NCBI GenBank assembly: GCA_963828465.1
Contig: CAWHEU010000022.1
Location: 480,001-544,000 of the forward strand
DNA length: 64,000 nucleotides
Direction of reading: 5' to 3'
From: an uncultured Acidobacteriota bacterium
Lineage (GTDB): Bacteria; Actinomycetota; Acidimicrobiia; Spongiisociales; ZC4RG35
Within the stretch, counting starts at the first letter, position 1, and each line of letters begins with the position of its first letter. A model generated the notes under the pieces. It had not been told where the DNA came from and did not search any database. It saw only the letters and a program-made list of their open reading frames with translations. The position numbers were made by a program, and so were the translations under genes. This document shows, in pieces, positions 47,544-57,867 of this stretch.

Positions 47544-49169
47544 GCGGGCTCCAAGACGGACGACGGGCCGAACGGGCAGGGCGAGACTGCCGGTGGCGTC
47601 GATCAGACGCATGGGTGTGGATTTCATCCAGTTCCAGATCAGACGTGCCTCCTCGGCGGTCTCGACAGAGTCCGGGACGTCGTTTCCCGGTTCATCTCCG
47701 ACATCGGGCGTGGGTCGGAGAGGCGGACTCGAGCCGGCACGCCAGGTGCAGACGAGCCGTCCGTGATCCACGACAACGTGGGACCCGTCTTGCCCCTCCA
47801 TCTCGCAGACTCCCAGGCCACCCAGGGCAACCCAGGTTCGGCTGATCTCGATGGCCCGGGCCAGGGCGTCGTGACGGTCCCGCGCCCATCCGGCCTCCTC
47901 GTATCGCTGCTCCGATGAGAGCTGTTCCATCCGCTCGACCAGCGGTTCGAGCACTAGCTCGGATCGGCAGGAGATCCCTTCGACGATCTGGTCGACCACG
48001 TGCTGGTACTCGATCGGATCCAAAGAGCCGTCGCATGGGCAGAGCGCTGCTCCCATCTGGGCGGGTGCGCAGCGCGCCGACCGGGTACCGGGTCGCGAGG
48101 AACAGCGTCTGATCATGGTGGCGTCCCAGAGTGCCGACACCACCAGGTCGGCGGCCGTCTTGGATCGAAAGGGCCCGAGATGGGCCAATGCATTCGTCTT
48201 GAGAGTCCTCACCACAGACAGCCTCGGGAAGGGCTCGGCGGTCAGTTTCACCCAATGTGAGGACTTTGGGGGTCGGGACCGTCGGTTGTAGCGGGGGCGG
48301 TAGGTGTGGATGAGTCGAAGCTCGGTAATCTCCGCTTCCAGGGGCGTGGGGCACACGATGTGGTCGACGGAGTCGAGCTCACGCATGAGGCTGCCGATAG
48401 TCCGCCGCTGGTCTCCATAGAAGTACTGGCGAACCCTCGCCCTGAGATTGGTGGCCTTGCCCACGTAGATGGGCGTGCCATGCCGGTCCCGGAACAGATA
48501 GACGCCCGGTTGACGGGGGAGGGAGTCGGTCAAGGCGATCTTGGAGTAGTGGGCGGAGCCACGGGCACGAGGGAGTTGGAGCAGGTCGTCGAGGTTGGTC
48601 ACACCGAGGCTGCCGGCCCGCTCCAAGAGCCCGTGGAGGACATGAGCGGTGGCACGGGCATCATCGAGTGCGCGGTGGATGGGTGTCACCGGGCTGCGGA
48701 AATGGGCAGCGAGGGTCTGCAGCCGCATATTCCGCACCTCCTCTCTGACCAGCCGACGTCCCAGCCCGGCGGTGTCCACGGTGTCGTTGCTCAACGACGG
48801 ATAGCCGTGCAGAGCCGCCGCCGCGTTGAGAAACGAGATGTCGAAGCGAATGTTGTGGCCCACGATTACCGCGTTGTCGATGAACTCGAGGAAGGTGGGA
48901 AGAGCAGTGCCGATGTCGGGGGCCTCGACCACCATCGCCTCGGTGATGCCGGTCAGGATCGTGATCAACGGCGGGATGGGAAGCCCGGGATCGACCAGGG
49001 TCTGAAAGGTCCCGAGCAACTCACCACCCCGGTACTTGACCGCTCCGATCTCGGTGATGGCGCAATCCCGGGGCGATCCACCGGTTGTCTCCAGGTCCAA
49101 GACGCAGAAGGTGACGTCGAAAAGCGGCGTGGAGAGATCGTCGAAGCTGGGCTGGAGCAGGGCTGACAC
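47532..49169 (-). CDS. DEDD exonuclease (DnaQ-like) + GIY-YIG/UvrC-like fusion
   Basis: DLETTG, HNIRFD, HRALDDA; PGVYLF...YVGKA...RVRQYF. Confidence 0.9.
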   Translation of the reverse strand: MSALLQPSFDDLSTPLFDVTFCVLDLETTGGSPRDCAITEIGAVKYRGGELLGTFQTLVDPGLPIPPLITILTGITEAMVVEAPDIGTALPTFLEFIDNAVIVGHNIRFDISFLNAAAALHGYPSLSNDTVDTAGLGRRLVREEVRNMRLQTLAAHFRSPVTPIHRALDDARATAHVLHGLLERAGSLGVTNLDDLLQLPRARGSAHYSKIALTDSLPRQPGVYLFRDRHGTPIYVGKATNLRARVRQYFYGDQRRTIGSLMRELDSVDHIVCPTPLEAEITELRLIHTYRPRYNRRSRPPKSSHWVKLTAEPFPRLSVVRTLKTNALAHLGPFRSKTAADLVVSALWDATMIRRCSSRPGTRSARCAPAQMGAALCPCDGSLDPIEYQHVVDQIVEGISCRSELVLEPLVERMEQLSSEQRYEEAGWARDRHDALARAIEISRTWVALGGLGVCEMEGQDGSHVVVDHGRLVCTWRAGSSPPLRPTPDVGDEPGNDVPDSVETAEEARLIWNWMKSTPMRLIDATGSLALPVRPVVRLGARSER

Positions 49170-49185
49170 GCCCTCCCGAGGCTAA

Positions 49186-49201
49186 TCGAACATATGTTCG
49201 G
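49186..49201. promoter_or_regulatory. LexA (SOS) box
   Basis: TCGAAC-ATAT-GTTCGG next to the TAGCCT -10 of the nuclease gene. Confidence 0.85.
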
Positions 49202-49209
49202 TGCAAGGA

Positions 49210-49977
49210 CTAAGCAGATCGCTGCCGCAAGGCCTCGTAAGCGAGCACGGCCATGGAGACCGACACATTGAGGGAGTCCGTCGATCCGTGCATCGGCACG
49301 GAGACAGTCGTATCGGAGGCGGTGAGCGCCGATCCGGTGAGACCGGAGTGCTCGGCGCCGACGAGAAGGGCAATGGGTCCAGTCAGGTCGGCCTCCCAAA
49401 GCAGAACGGGGGCGCCAGGGTCGGCGGCCACGATCCGAGCCTGATGATTCCGGGCCCAGGCAATGGCGTCATCGAGGCCGGCGACGGCCAGCGGCACCGA
49501 GAAGATGGCTCCGGTCGATGCTCGCACCACGTTCGGGCTGAAAGCATCGGTTTGAGGATCCGCTGCGATCAAGGCGTCGGCCCCCACAGCGTCGGCAGTG
49601 CGGAGCAAGGCTCCAAGGTTCCCTGGCTTCTCGATCGCCTCCGCGATCAAGAACAGAGGATCGAGCCCTGGTGTCAAATGGTCGAGGGTGACATCCAACT
49701 GCCTGAAGACGCCGATCACACCTTGCGACCGGCCCCGATACGAGGCGCGGTCCAGGGCCTCGGCTGTCACCGACACCTCGGTCCCGGCGCGATGCGGTGC
49801 ACCTGAGAGGTGGGCCGGGTCGTAGTAGATCTCGAGAGGCTGGTGACCATGGGCGACAGCCCGATTCAGGTCTCTAATGCCCTCGACGAGGAACACCGAC
49901 TCCCGATCGCGCTGGTTGCGCTCACGAAGCGCGACCAGGCGCTTTATCCGTGGATTCGCCGCCGAGGTGATGTCCAT
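49210..49977 (-). CDS. TrmH/SpoU RNA methyltransferase
   Basis: EKPGNLGALLR, VGAEHSG, DSLNVS. Confidence 0.9.
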   Translation of the reverse strand: MDITSAANPRIKRLVALRERNQRDRESVFLVEGIRDLNRAVAHGHQPLEIYYDPAHLSGAPHRAGTEVSVTAEALDRASYRGRSQGVIGVFRQLDVTLDHLTPGLDPLFLIAEAIEKPGNLGALLRTADAVGADALIAADPQTDAFSPNVVRASTGAIFSVPLAVAGLDDAIAWARNHQARIVAADPGAPVLLWEADLTGPIALLVGAEHSGLTGSALTASDTTVSVPMHGSTDSLNVSVSMAVLAYEALRQRSA

Positions 49978-50573
49978 CAGACCGCCCAACGCTCGCGGTG
50001 AACGACGGTGGCGCGGGGTCGTCTGCCCCGGGCCAGGCTTCCTGACCGGCGGTCAGGCATTGGATGGCCGACGGTCACCACGCCTATCGGGCTCTGGTGC
50101 TCGGGGATGGCAAGCAAGACGGCGAGGTCTTGCATCGAATGGACCCCGAGGAAGCCGGCGGCCAGTCCCTCGTTCACCGCGGCCAGGAGGACGGCCATCA
50201 TCGCCGCTCCAGCGTCGACCCACCAGTAAGGGACCGGCCAGTCGATCTCCTCCCCATCGGGGCCTAGCTTGTCAGGCTCCCGATAACGCTCCCGGTAGAT
50301 CGCCTCGCTGACGGTGATCACGATATGGGCTGGGGCTGTCGAGATCCATGGGTCGAAACCACCGGCGACGTACTCGTCTTCTTCGGCGAGGTGGGCGATC
50401 GATTTGCGGGTGGCTGCATCGGTCACGACCACGAATCCCATTCCCTGGCTGTATCCCGCCGACGGAGCGCGGAGCCCGGCATCGACGATCCTGTCGAGAG
50501 CCTCGGGCGGGACCGGATCGGGCATGTAGTTGCGCACCATGCGGCGCTTGCGGATTACTTCGTCGAATTCCAT
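49977..50573 (-). CDS. Nitroreductase family protein
   Basis: RRMVRNY, APSAGYSQ, DAGAAMMAVLLAA. Confidence 0.88.
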   Translation of the reverse strand: MEFDEVIRKRRMVRNYMPDPVPPEALDRIVDAGLRAPSAGYSQGMGFVVVTDAATRKSIAHLAEEDEYVAGGFDPWISTAPAHIVITVSEAIYRERYREPDKLGPDGEEIDWPVPYWWVDAGAAMMAVLLAAVNEGLAAGFLGVHSMQDLAVLLAIPEHQSPIGVVTVGHPMPDRRSGSLARGRRPRATVVHRERWAV

Positions 50574-50713
50574 GGGGGCAATCTTGTCACTTCCGCGCCC
50601 CCACCGAGCGCAGAAACTGATCGGTGACATCGGTCGTTGAATGGCTTATGGTGTCGGCGGCGGTTCAGGGTCGCCCAAGCCAGGACCGCGATTGACACGG
50701 AGGGAGCGGGCGA

Positions 50714-51613
50714 GTGACCGCATCGGCGGGGACCGAGATGACGGTGGTTTGGACACGGGGTAACGGTTGCTCCGAGTTGGCGTCTCTTCTTTCCGAAGGC
50801 GTGCCCGACCGGATCACCGGGGACCTCGTCGGGCAGTGCATCAGCCACCGGGCCGATCTTCTCGTCTCACGCAGATTCCCGGGATCGTTCGATCTGGTGA
50901 GTGTCGCCGTCCCCCTCGACTTCGTAGCCGAGAACGTAAAGCGGGTGGTCTCGGCCGTGGCCGGCGGGCCCCATTCGTTCCTGGCTGCAGACACCGCGTC
51001 GCGTCTGGGGCGCGGTCTGGCTGTCGAGTCCGAGATGCTTTCTGCAATCCGGCCGGGCGATGATCCGAGGGAAGCCGAGGATCTGCTCGACCACATCGGG
51101 CTGTCGGTTCCGGAGATGGGTGGCCGCGTCGTGGAAGTCGAGGGTATTTCCGAGCTCGTGGAGACTCTCGACGAGGGGACACTCGTGGTGTTCGGAGCCC
51201 CTGGTGGGTCCTGGTTGCAGCGGTCGATGTTCGGCCCGGGAGCGAGGCTACGGAGCAAGGCTCCGGCCGGGGCGATCATGGTGCGCAGTGCCCCGGACCG
51301 GGTCTTCCGCTGGATGGGGGAACCGGTGTTCGTCAGTCCTCTGCGGCTGGCCGACGACACCCTCCGCCTACACGAGGAAAACGTTCTGGCGGTTGCCGAC
51401 GAGGGAATGCTCATCGGCCTGGTGCGTCGGAATCGTCTCGAGGGGGCCGGCGATTCCCCGGTGGGCTCAGTGATGGAGGAGGCTCTGTCGGCAAAAGTCG
51501 ATGAGACCATCGCCGAGGCCATGGTGCTCGAGCCGACGTTCGGGCGGGATCCGATCCCTGTCACCGACCACGACGAGCACCTCGTCGGCGGATTGTCATT
51601 GCCAGTGGCCTGA
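50714..51613 (+). CDS. USP-like + CBS-domain protein
   Basis: AVAGGPHS, C-terminal CBS-like pair (PVTDHDEHLVG). Confidence 0.6.
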   Translation: MTASAGTEMTVVWTRGNGCSELASLLSEGVPDRITGDLVGQCISHRADLLVSRRFPGSFDLVSVAVPLDFVAENVKRVVSAVAGGPHSFLAADTASRLGRGLAVESEMLSAIRPGDDPREAEDLLDHIGLSVPEMGGRVVEVEGISELVETLDEGTLVVFGAPGGSWLQRSMFGPGARLRSKAPAGAIMVRSAPDRVFRWMGEPVFVSPLRLADDTLRLHEENVLAVADEGMLIGLVRRNRLEGAGDSPVGSVMEEALSAKVDETIAEAMVLEPTFGRDPIPVTDHDEHLVGGLSLPVA

Positions 51614-51634
51614 ATCCGTGCAGAATCTCCGGCG

Positions 51635-52546
51635 GTGAAATCGAGGGTTTCCTTCTGGAGTTTTTTCTGGGTCGTTATCGGCCTGGTGGTGGTATTCCAT
51701 ATCGCCGGCGGGTGGTACTTCTCGAGCGAGCTGATCCAGGATGGATTCGTGCCTGCGCCGGAGCCGATCATGCCCCCACAAGGCTCATACGAGTTGGAAG
51801 AGGTGACCTACAGCACTCCGTTGGGGGAGATGGACGCCTGGTATCTCCCCGCCGATGGTCCGACCTGGGTCATCCACATCCACGGACTTGGGACCACACC
51901 CGCAGAGGCTGAGCCATTGTTCGCTCCTCTGCAAGGCGCCGGTTATCCCCAACTGTCGATCACCTATCGCAACGATGACGGGCAGCCGATGGATCCGTCG
52001 GGCTATTACCAATACGGCGCCACTGAATGGGAGGACCTTGCCGGCGCCGTCGAGCACGCCGTAGCCAACGGGGCGCAGAATGTCGTCCTCAGCGGATTCT
52101 CGACCGGTGGCGCCCATGTGATGTCCTTCTTATCCCGCCAGCCGCAAGAGATCGTCAGCGGGGTCCTGTTGGACGCGCCCAACGTCGACTTCGGCCGCAC
52201 GGTCGACTACGCAGCAAGTCAGAGGGACCTTCCGGTCTTACCGCTCCCGGTCCCGGCAACAGTGTCGGCGACGGCCAAGTTCATCACCTCGTTGCGCATA
52301 GGAATCAACTGGAAGCTCCTCGACTACATATCCGATGCCGACGAGACCATTCGCCAACCGGTCCTGATCCATCATGGGACCGAAGACCTCACGGTCCCGC
52401 TCGAGACGAGCCTCGATCTCCAGGCCACGAACCCCGATCTGATCCAGCTGATCACAGTCGAGGGCGCTGGTCACATCGAGTCATTCGACGTCGACCGGCA
52501 AGGCTATGTGGACTCGGTGGTCGCATTTCTCGCCGAGCTGGGATGA
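51635..52546 (+). CDS. Alpha/beta hydrolase with N-terminal TM
   Basis: IHGLG, GFSTGG, HGTEDLTVP, GAGH. Confidence 0.87.
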   Translation: MKSRVSFWSFFWVVIGLVVVFHIAGGWYFSSELIQDGFVPAPEPIMPPQGSYELEEVTYSTPLGEMDAWYLPADGPTWVIHIHGLGTTPAEAEPLFAPLQGAGYPQLSITYRNDDGQPMDPSGYYQYGATEWEDLAGAVEHAVANGAQNVVLSGFSTGGAHVMSFLSRQPQEIVSGVLLDAPNVDFGRTVDYAASQRDLPVLPLPVPATVSATAKFITSLRIGINWKLLDYISDADETIRQPVLIHHGTEDLTVPLETSLDLQATNPDLIQLITVEGAGHIESFDVDRQGYVDSVVAFLAELG

Positions 52547-52581
52547 CCTGAGCTCACCTACTGTGCGCCTGGCGCTAGGAG

Positions 52582-53691
52582 GTGCTGGTGGCCGGCGACC
52601 CGATGATCCGTCTCGAGAACGTGAAGAAGGTCTTTGCCGGGAGTTCTCGCGCCGCCGTGACCGACCTGAGTCTCGATATCGGACGCGGGGAGTGCGTGAC
52701 GCTCATCGGCCCATCGGGCTGCGGGAAGACGACCACCCTCAAGATGATCAACCGGATCATCGAGCCCACGTCCGGACGGATCGAGATCGATGGCCGCGAT
52801 GCCATGGCCATCCCTGCTCACGAGTTGCGCCGATCAATCGGCTACGTGATCCAGCAGATCGGATTGTTTCCCCATCGCACCATCGCCCAGAACATAGGCA
52901 CCGTCCCGGCCCTTCTCGGCTGGGACCAGGCGAGGATCGATGAGCGCGTGGCCGAACTGGTGGAGATCGTCGGGCTGGATGCCGAGATGATGGCTCGCTA
53001 CCCGTCTGAGCTGTCCGGAGGCCAACAGCAGCGTGCAGGCGTGGCTCGCGCTCTTGCCGCCGATCCACCCGTCCTGCTCATGGACGAGCCCTTCGGGGCG
53101 GTCGATCCGATCGTCAGGAAGAGGCTCCAGTATGAGTTTCAAGACTTGCAAGGTCGTTTGGGCAAGACTGTCGTTTTCGTTACCCACGACGTCGACGAGG
53201 CGATCCTGCTGGGGGATCGGATGGCGATCCTCAACATCGGGGGAATCGTCGAGCAATACGACATTCCCGAGAAGGTCCTGGCCGAGCCGGCGAGTGATTT
53301 CGTGGAGAGATTCCTCGGCGGAGAGCGTGGCCTGAAGCGCCTCGCACTGCTTCCGATCAACGAGGCGGACCTGGAGCACGGGCCATTCGTCGACGTCTCG
53401 ACGACCCCGGCCGAGGCTCATCGGGTCATGGAGCAGCACGGAGTCGATTGGCTCGGCCTCCTCGATGGCGAACGGCTATTGGGATGGGTCGACGGAGACC
53501 TCGTCGATTCCCAACCGCTGCGCGATCTCGATCCGAGACCCTTCCTCGTCACGCTGGACACCGAATCGACGTTGCGATCCGCCCTCGACGCGGTCGTCAC
53601 CAGCCACGCTCGGGTGGCGGTGGTGGTCGATGACGGGATCTATCGAGGGATGCTCGACCTGGAGTCGATTGCCGAGGGGATCACCGAATGA
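52582..53691 (+). CDS. Osmoprotectant ABC ATPase with CBS domains (OpuCA/OsmV-like)
   Basis: GPSGCGKTT, GYVIQQIGLFPH, LSGGQQQR, MDEPFGAVDP. Confidence 0.92.
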   Translation: MLVAGDPMIRLENVKKVFAGSSRAAVTDLSLDIGRGECVTLIGPSGCGKTTTLKMINRIIEPTSGRIEIDGRDAMAIPAHELRRSIGYVIQQIGLFPHRTIAQNIGTVPALLGWDQARIDERVAELVEIVGLDAEMMARYPSELSGGQQQRAGVARALAADPPVLLMDEPFGAVDPIVRKRLQYEFQDLQGRLGKTVVFVTHDVDEAILLGDRMAILNIGGIVEQYDIPEKVLAEPASDFVERFLGGERGLKRLALLPINEADLEHGPFVDVSTTPAEAHRVMEQHGVDWLGLLDGERLLGWVDGDLVDSQPLRDLDPRPFLVTLDTESTLRSALDAVVTSHARVAVVVDDGIYRGMLDLESIAEGITE

Positions 53692-54350
53692 TGGTCCTGG
53701 GGCAAACCGCCCCATTGGTCGACTGGGATTGGATCGGTCGCAACATCGACCAGATCGCCGACCGCACCTGGGAGCACCTGAGTTTGACCGCTGTCTCCGT
53801 CGGGATCGGTCTGGTGGTATCCGTCGCGCTGGCGATCGTCGCTCTCCGCTGGCGGTGGTCTTACACGCCCATCACCTGGGTCACGGGGCTTCTCTACACG
53901 ATCCCGTCGCTCGCCCTCTTCGCCCTCCTGGTGCCCGTCGTCGGGCTCAACGCCACCAACGCCGTGATTGCCCTCACCTCGTACACGCTGCTCATCATCA
54001 TCCGCAACCTCGTGGCGGGCATCGACGGTGTCCCCGATGCGGTGCTGGAGGCGGCGGACGGCATGGGATACACGAGGCGGGCCAGGTTTTGGAAGATGGA
54101 GGTGCCTCTCGCCCTCCCGGTGATCATCGCCGGGCTTCGCATCGCCACAGTGACCACTGTCGGCCTGGTGACGGTGACCGCCGTTCTCGGCCTCGGTGGC
54201 TACGGGTATTTCATCCTGCGCGGGCTCAACACGTTCTTCTGGACTCAGATCCTGGTCGGGGTCGTCCTCTCGGTCGTGCTGGCGACGATCCTCGACATCG
54301 GGTTTCTCTTTCTGCAGAAAGTCCTCAGCCCTTGGGCGCGGAGGGCCTGA
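53688..54350 (+). CDS. Osmoprotectant ABC permease
   Basis: YTIPSLAL, EAADGMG, PVIIAGLR. Confidence 0.9.
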   Translation: MMVLGQTAPLVDWDWIGRNIDQIADRTWEHLSLTAVSVGIGLVVSVALAIVALRWRWSYTPITWVTGLLYTIPSLALFALLVPVVGLNATNAVIALTSYTLLIIIRNLVAGIDGVPDAVLEAADGMGYTRRARFWKMEVPLALPVIIAGLRIATVTTVGLVTVTAVLGLGGYGYFILRGLNTFFWTQILVGVVLSVVLATILDIGFLFLQKVLSPWARRA

Positions 54351-55036
54351 TGACGACGTGGGAGTCCGTCCAGGAGTTTCTCTCGGAGCCCACCACGTGG
54401 TCGGGGCCGGATTCGATCTGGGCCCGGCTCGGGGAGCACATCTGGGTGTCGGTGGTGGCGGTGATCATCGCCGGGATCCTGGTGCTGCCGTTGGCGGTTT
54501 GGCTCGGTCACATCCGACGCGGCTCGGCAGTCGCCACAGCCGTCGTCAACATCGGGCGGGCCGTCCCCTCGTTCGGGATCCTGGCCATCGCCTTCCTCGT
54601 CCTGGTGCAGATGGGCGCAGGGGTAGGTGAGCCCTGGGCCGTCCTCGTGGCCCTCGTCGCGCTGGCTGCCCCTCCGATGTTCACCAACACCGTGGCCGGG
54701 ATCCAGGCAGTCGAGCCGGCGACGATCGAGTCGGCTCGGGGCATGGGCTTGACAGAGCGAGAGGTGTTGACCGGAGTCGAGCTGCCGCTTTCGGCGCCGC
54801 TGATGATGGAGGGTCTGCGAATCGCCTTCGTCCAGGTCATCGCCACCGCCACTCTGGGCGCCCTTGTCGCCTGGGGCGGGCTGGGCAGGTACATCGTCGA
54901 CGGATTTGCCAGACAAGACATGGGACGGCTGATCGTCGGGGCGGTCCTGGTCGGCCTTCTGGCCATCGCAGCCGAGTTGGGACTGTCGGCCATGCAGAGA
55001 GCTACGACTCCACACGGGATCAGGCCGGCCCGTTAA
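54350..55036 (+). CDS. Osmoprotectant ABC permease
   Basis: NIGRAVPS, ESARGMG, GGLGRYI. Confidence 0.9.
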   Translation: MTTWESVQEFLSEPTTWSGPDSIWARLGEHIWVSVVAVIIAGILVLPLAVWLGHIRRGSAVATAVVNIGRAVPSFGILAIAFLVLVQMGAGVGEPWAVLVALVALAAPPMFTNTVAGIQAVEPATIESARGMGLTEREVLTGVELPLSAPLMMEGLRIAFVQVIATATLGALVAWGGLGRYIVDGFARQDMGRLIVGAVLVGLLAIAAELGLSAMQRATTPHGIRPAR

Positions 55037-55125
55037 CGGGAATCTGCCGAAACTCTCTACGGTTTGCCAGGTGGGCCCTGGTGGAAAGACTGGGCCTGTT
55101 TTACAACCTAGAGAAGGAGATACCC

Positions 55126-56049
55126 ATGCGGAAACCATTCCGCGCTCGCGCCGTTGGGGCGATCCTGGGTCTGGCGCTCGTGGCCACGGCCTGTGGATCG
55201 GGTGACGGCGCCGAAGAGGGCACCCCGCCCGAAGGCGACCCGATCAGGGTTGCGTCCTTCAACTTCAACGAATCAGCGATTGTGGCCGAGATCTACGCCC
55301 AGGGCCTCGAGGCGAACGGCTACACGGTGGAGCGGCAGCTCAACCTGGGGAACCGCGAGGTGGTCAAGCCGGCGCTCGAGGAGGGCGAGATCGATCTGAT
55401 CCCTGAGTACACCGGGACCGTTGCCGGGTTCCTCGGGGCGGAGGCCTCCGCCGACTCCGACGCCACCTGGGAAGCAGCCAGCGCTGCGTGGGAGGAATTG
55501 GGGATCACTCTGCTTGCCTACAGCCCTGCGCAGGACAAGAACGCCTACGTCGTGACCGGGGAGACTGCCGAGGAATTCGGTCTTACGACTGTCTCCGATC
55601 TCGAGCCGGTTGCGGGCGAGATGATCTTCGGAGGACCGCCGGAGTGCCCGGAACGTCCGCTTTGCCTGCAGGGACTGCAGGAGGTCTACGGCCTGGAGTT
55701 CGCCGAGTTCGTCCCTCTCGATGTCGGTGGGCCGATCACCGTGGCTGCCCTGGAAGGCGGGGAGATCGACGTCGGCCTGCTGTTCACCACATCGGGCGTC
55801 ATCGCCGCCAACGAGTGGGTTTCACTCGAAGACGACATGGGCCTGAACCCGGCCGAGAACATCGTCCCGGCCATTCGCACCGAAGTGGTCGAGGCCTATG
55901 GCGACGACCTGGTCGCACTGCTCGACTCGTATTCGGAGGCTCTGACTACCGAGGACCTCACTGCGATGAACGCACGGGCCGACCTCGATCAGGAGGACCC
56001 GGCGCTGATCGCCGAAGAGTGGCTAACCACCAACGGGTTCCTCGAGTAG
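55126..56049 (+). CDS. Osmoprotectant ABC substrate-binding lipoprotein (OsmF-like)
   Basis: Lipobox ATAC, FNESAIVAEIY, PEYTG, CPERPLC. Confidence 0.9.
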   Translation: MRKPFRARAVGAILGLALVATACGSGDGAEEGTPPEGDPIRVASFNFNESAIVAEIYAQGLEANGYTVERQLNLGNREVVKPALEEGEIDLIPEYTGTVAGFLGAEASADSDATWEAASAAWEELGITLLAYSPAQDKNAYVVTGETAEEFGLTTVSDLEPVAGEMIFGGPPECPERPLCLQGLQEVYGLEFAEFVPLDVGGPITVAALEGGEIDVGLLFTTSGVIAANEWVSLEDDMGLNPAENIVPAIRTEVVEAYGDDLVALLDSYSEALTTEDLTAMNARADLDQEDPALIAEEWLTTNGFLE

Positions 56050-56093
56050 ATCTGTCACAGGCGTCTCGTACCTTCGTCAACAGGAGGTACGAG

Positions 56094-56282
56094 ATGCTGA
56101 TCGATTGCGAGCAATGCGCGATGCAGGGCACGAGCGCCTGCGACGACTGTGTCGTCACCTTTATCCTGGCGGACGGCCCGGTGGACCTCGACGAGTCAGA
56201 GGTCAACGCACTGGCCAATCTGGCTGGGGAAGGATTGGTCCCGCGTCTTCGCCTGGTCCCCACGGAGAGACAGGCCGGGTGA
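56094..56282 (+). CDS. Small conserved actinobacterial CxxC-x7-CxxC protein
   Basis: MLIDCEQCAMQGTSACDDCVV...GLVPRLRL; AGGAGG RBS. Confidence 0.82.
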   Translation: MLIDCEQCAMQGTSACDDCVVTFILADGPVDLDESEVNALANLAGEGLVPRLRLVPTERQAG

Positions 56283-56321
56283 GCCGGTTCGATACCGAGG
56301 GCCAATTACCCTCGCCCGGGC

Positions 56322-56633
56322 ATGGTCAAGTTCTATTCGATCGCTCTCGCCCTGGGTGTGATCGGTCTGATCGTGGTGATTCTCGGGGGCGCGTTCGCCG
56401 AGAACGTGAACCGCGAGGAGAGTGACCCGGGGCAGCGGATCGGACGCGGGGGCAGGGCGGCGATAGGTGCCCTGGTCGGATTCGGCATGGCCGGTCTCTC
56501 GGCCGAGTTCTCCACACTGGACCTGACCTGGCAGGTAGCCCTGCTCATCGCCGTCGTCGGGGCGGCGGCCGGGGCTCTTTGGGCGTGGTACGCCTCACGC
56601 AACGACGCTGGGTCCGATGCTGGTCCTGTCTGA
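56322..56633 (+). CDS. Small three-TM membrane protein
   Basis: Hydrophobic; GFGMAGL motif. Confidence 0.65.
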   Translation: MVKFYSIALALGVIGLIVVILGGAFAENVNREESDPGQRIGRGGRAAIGALVGFGMAGLSAEFSTLDLTWQVALLIAVVGAAAGALWAWYASRNDAGSDAGPV

Positions 56634-57391
56634 TATCCATTTCGCAACGGAGCCACTGCGGCGGGTCGTAGCCACAGGGGAGACATTGCTCATCCTCGGC
56701 GACCTGGTGAATCTCACCGACTATCGGACCGGTGAGGGAGCAGTGGCGGACGTCCTGGGTATGGAGTTCGCACGGGCCTCGGCCACAGCACGTGGGGCAG
56801 GCGACTATCAGCAGATGCGAGGTCTCTGGCTGGACACCGTTGGTGACCGTATCGATGAGATCCGGGCCGCCATCGGTGAGGCAATCGACGCACAGTACGC
56901 CAGTGTGTCCGAGGCCCTCGAGGGTGGGCACGGATATGTGATCCACGGGAATGTCGATCGCCCCGGGTCATTGGAGCGGGCACTTCCACCCGGATACGAG
57001 TACGTGCACGGGCAGACCAGGGATATAGAGGGGCTCCGCTTTGGCTTCGTCGGGGGTGGGGCGGCCACCCCTCTGCAGGCCGAAGGGGAGGTCTCAGACG
57101 AGGAGATGAGCCGACTGCTCGACATCCTCGGTGAGGTAGACGTCCTCTGCACCCATGTCGCGCCGGCCCTCGATCCTTTGCAGACCGATGTCGTGACCGG
57201 AAGGGCCGAACGCGGGCTCGGCGCCCCTCCTCGACTACATCCGTGCCACGCCTCCCCGGCTGCACCTGTTCGGCGACGTTCACCAACCTCAGGCGAGCAG
57301 CTGGCGGGTTGGGCCAACACGCTGTCGCAATGTGGGCTATTTCCGGGCCACCGAACGGGCCATGCCCCTGGATCCGGCCGATCTCAGATAG
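56617..57391 (+). CDS. Metallophosphoesterase; single indel near 57215
   Basis: SDIH, LGDL, GNVD, CTH; the shifted frame gives SAPLLDYI...FGDVHQP...NVGYF to TAG 57391. Confidence 0.82.
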
Positions 57392-57424
57392 GCCGCGGGC
57401 TGGCTAACCTCGGATCTCCCAGCC

Positions 57425-57865
57425 ATGACCGAAGGAACTTTCCAGACTCTCGAAATCGACGCACCGGCCGAGGCCCTCTATGACGTGGCGGCGGACATCG
57501 CCTCGTATCCCGAATGGGCAACCGGTGTCAAAGAGGTCGAGGTCTTGGAGCGCACCTCGGATGGGCTCGTGGAAAGGGCGCGCTTCGTCGTCGCAGGCAT
57601 GGTCAAGGAGATCGAGTACGTCCTTCGGTATACGCACGATCGACCCAATGTCCTGAGTTGGGTGGCGGAGGAGGACTCGAAAGACGTGCGGATGCTCGAG
57701 GGGTCGTACACCTTCACCGCTGTGGACGGGGCCACCGAGGTCGTCTACGCACTCACTGTGGAGCCGAATTTCAAGATGCCCGGCTTTCTCCGTCGACAGG
57801 CGGAGAACCAGATCGTCACAACAGCTCTGCGTGGGCTGCGCAAGAGGGTCACGGGCACGGTCTGA
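57425..57865 (+). CDS. SRPBCC/START (polyketide cyclase-like) protein
   Basis: ADIASYPEW, LEGSY, TEVVYAL. Confidence 0.87.
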   Translation: MTEGTFQTLEIDAPAEALYDVAADIASYPEWATGVKEVEVLERTSDGLVERARFVVAGMVKEIEYVLRYTHDRPNVLSWVAEEDSKDVRMLEGSYTFTAVDGATEVVYALTVEPNFKMPGFLRRQAENQIVTTALRGLRKRVTGTV

Positions 57866-57867
57866 GC

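Noticed and set aside
55037-55125. Possible riboswitch before the osmoprotectant binding protein
   Set aside because: Only an imperfect hairpin; no recognisable aptamer consensus.
57205-57225. Programmed frameshifting in the metallophosphoesterase or SRAP genes
   Set aside because: No slippery heptamer or stimulatory structure; matches the window's indel-error pattern.
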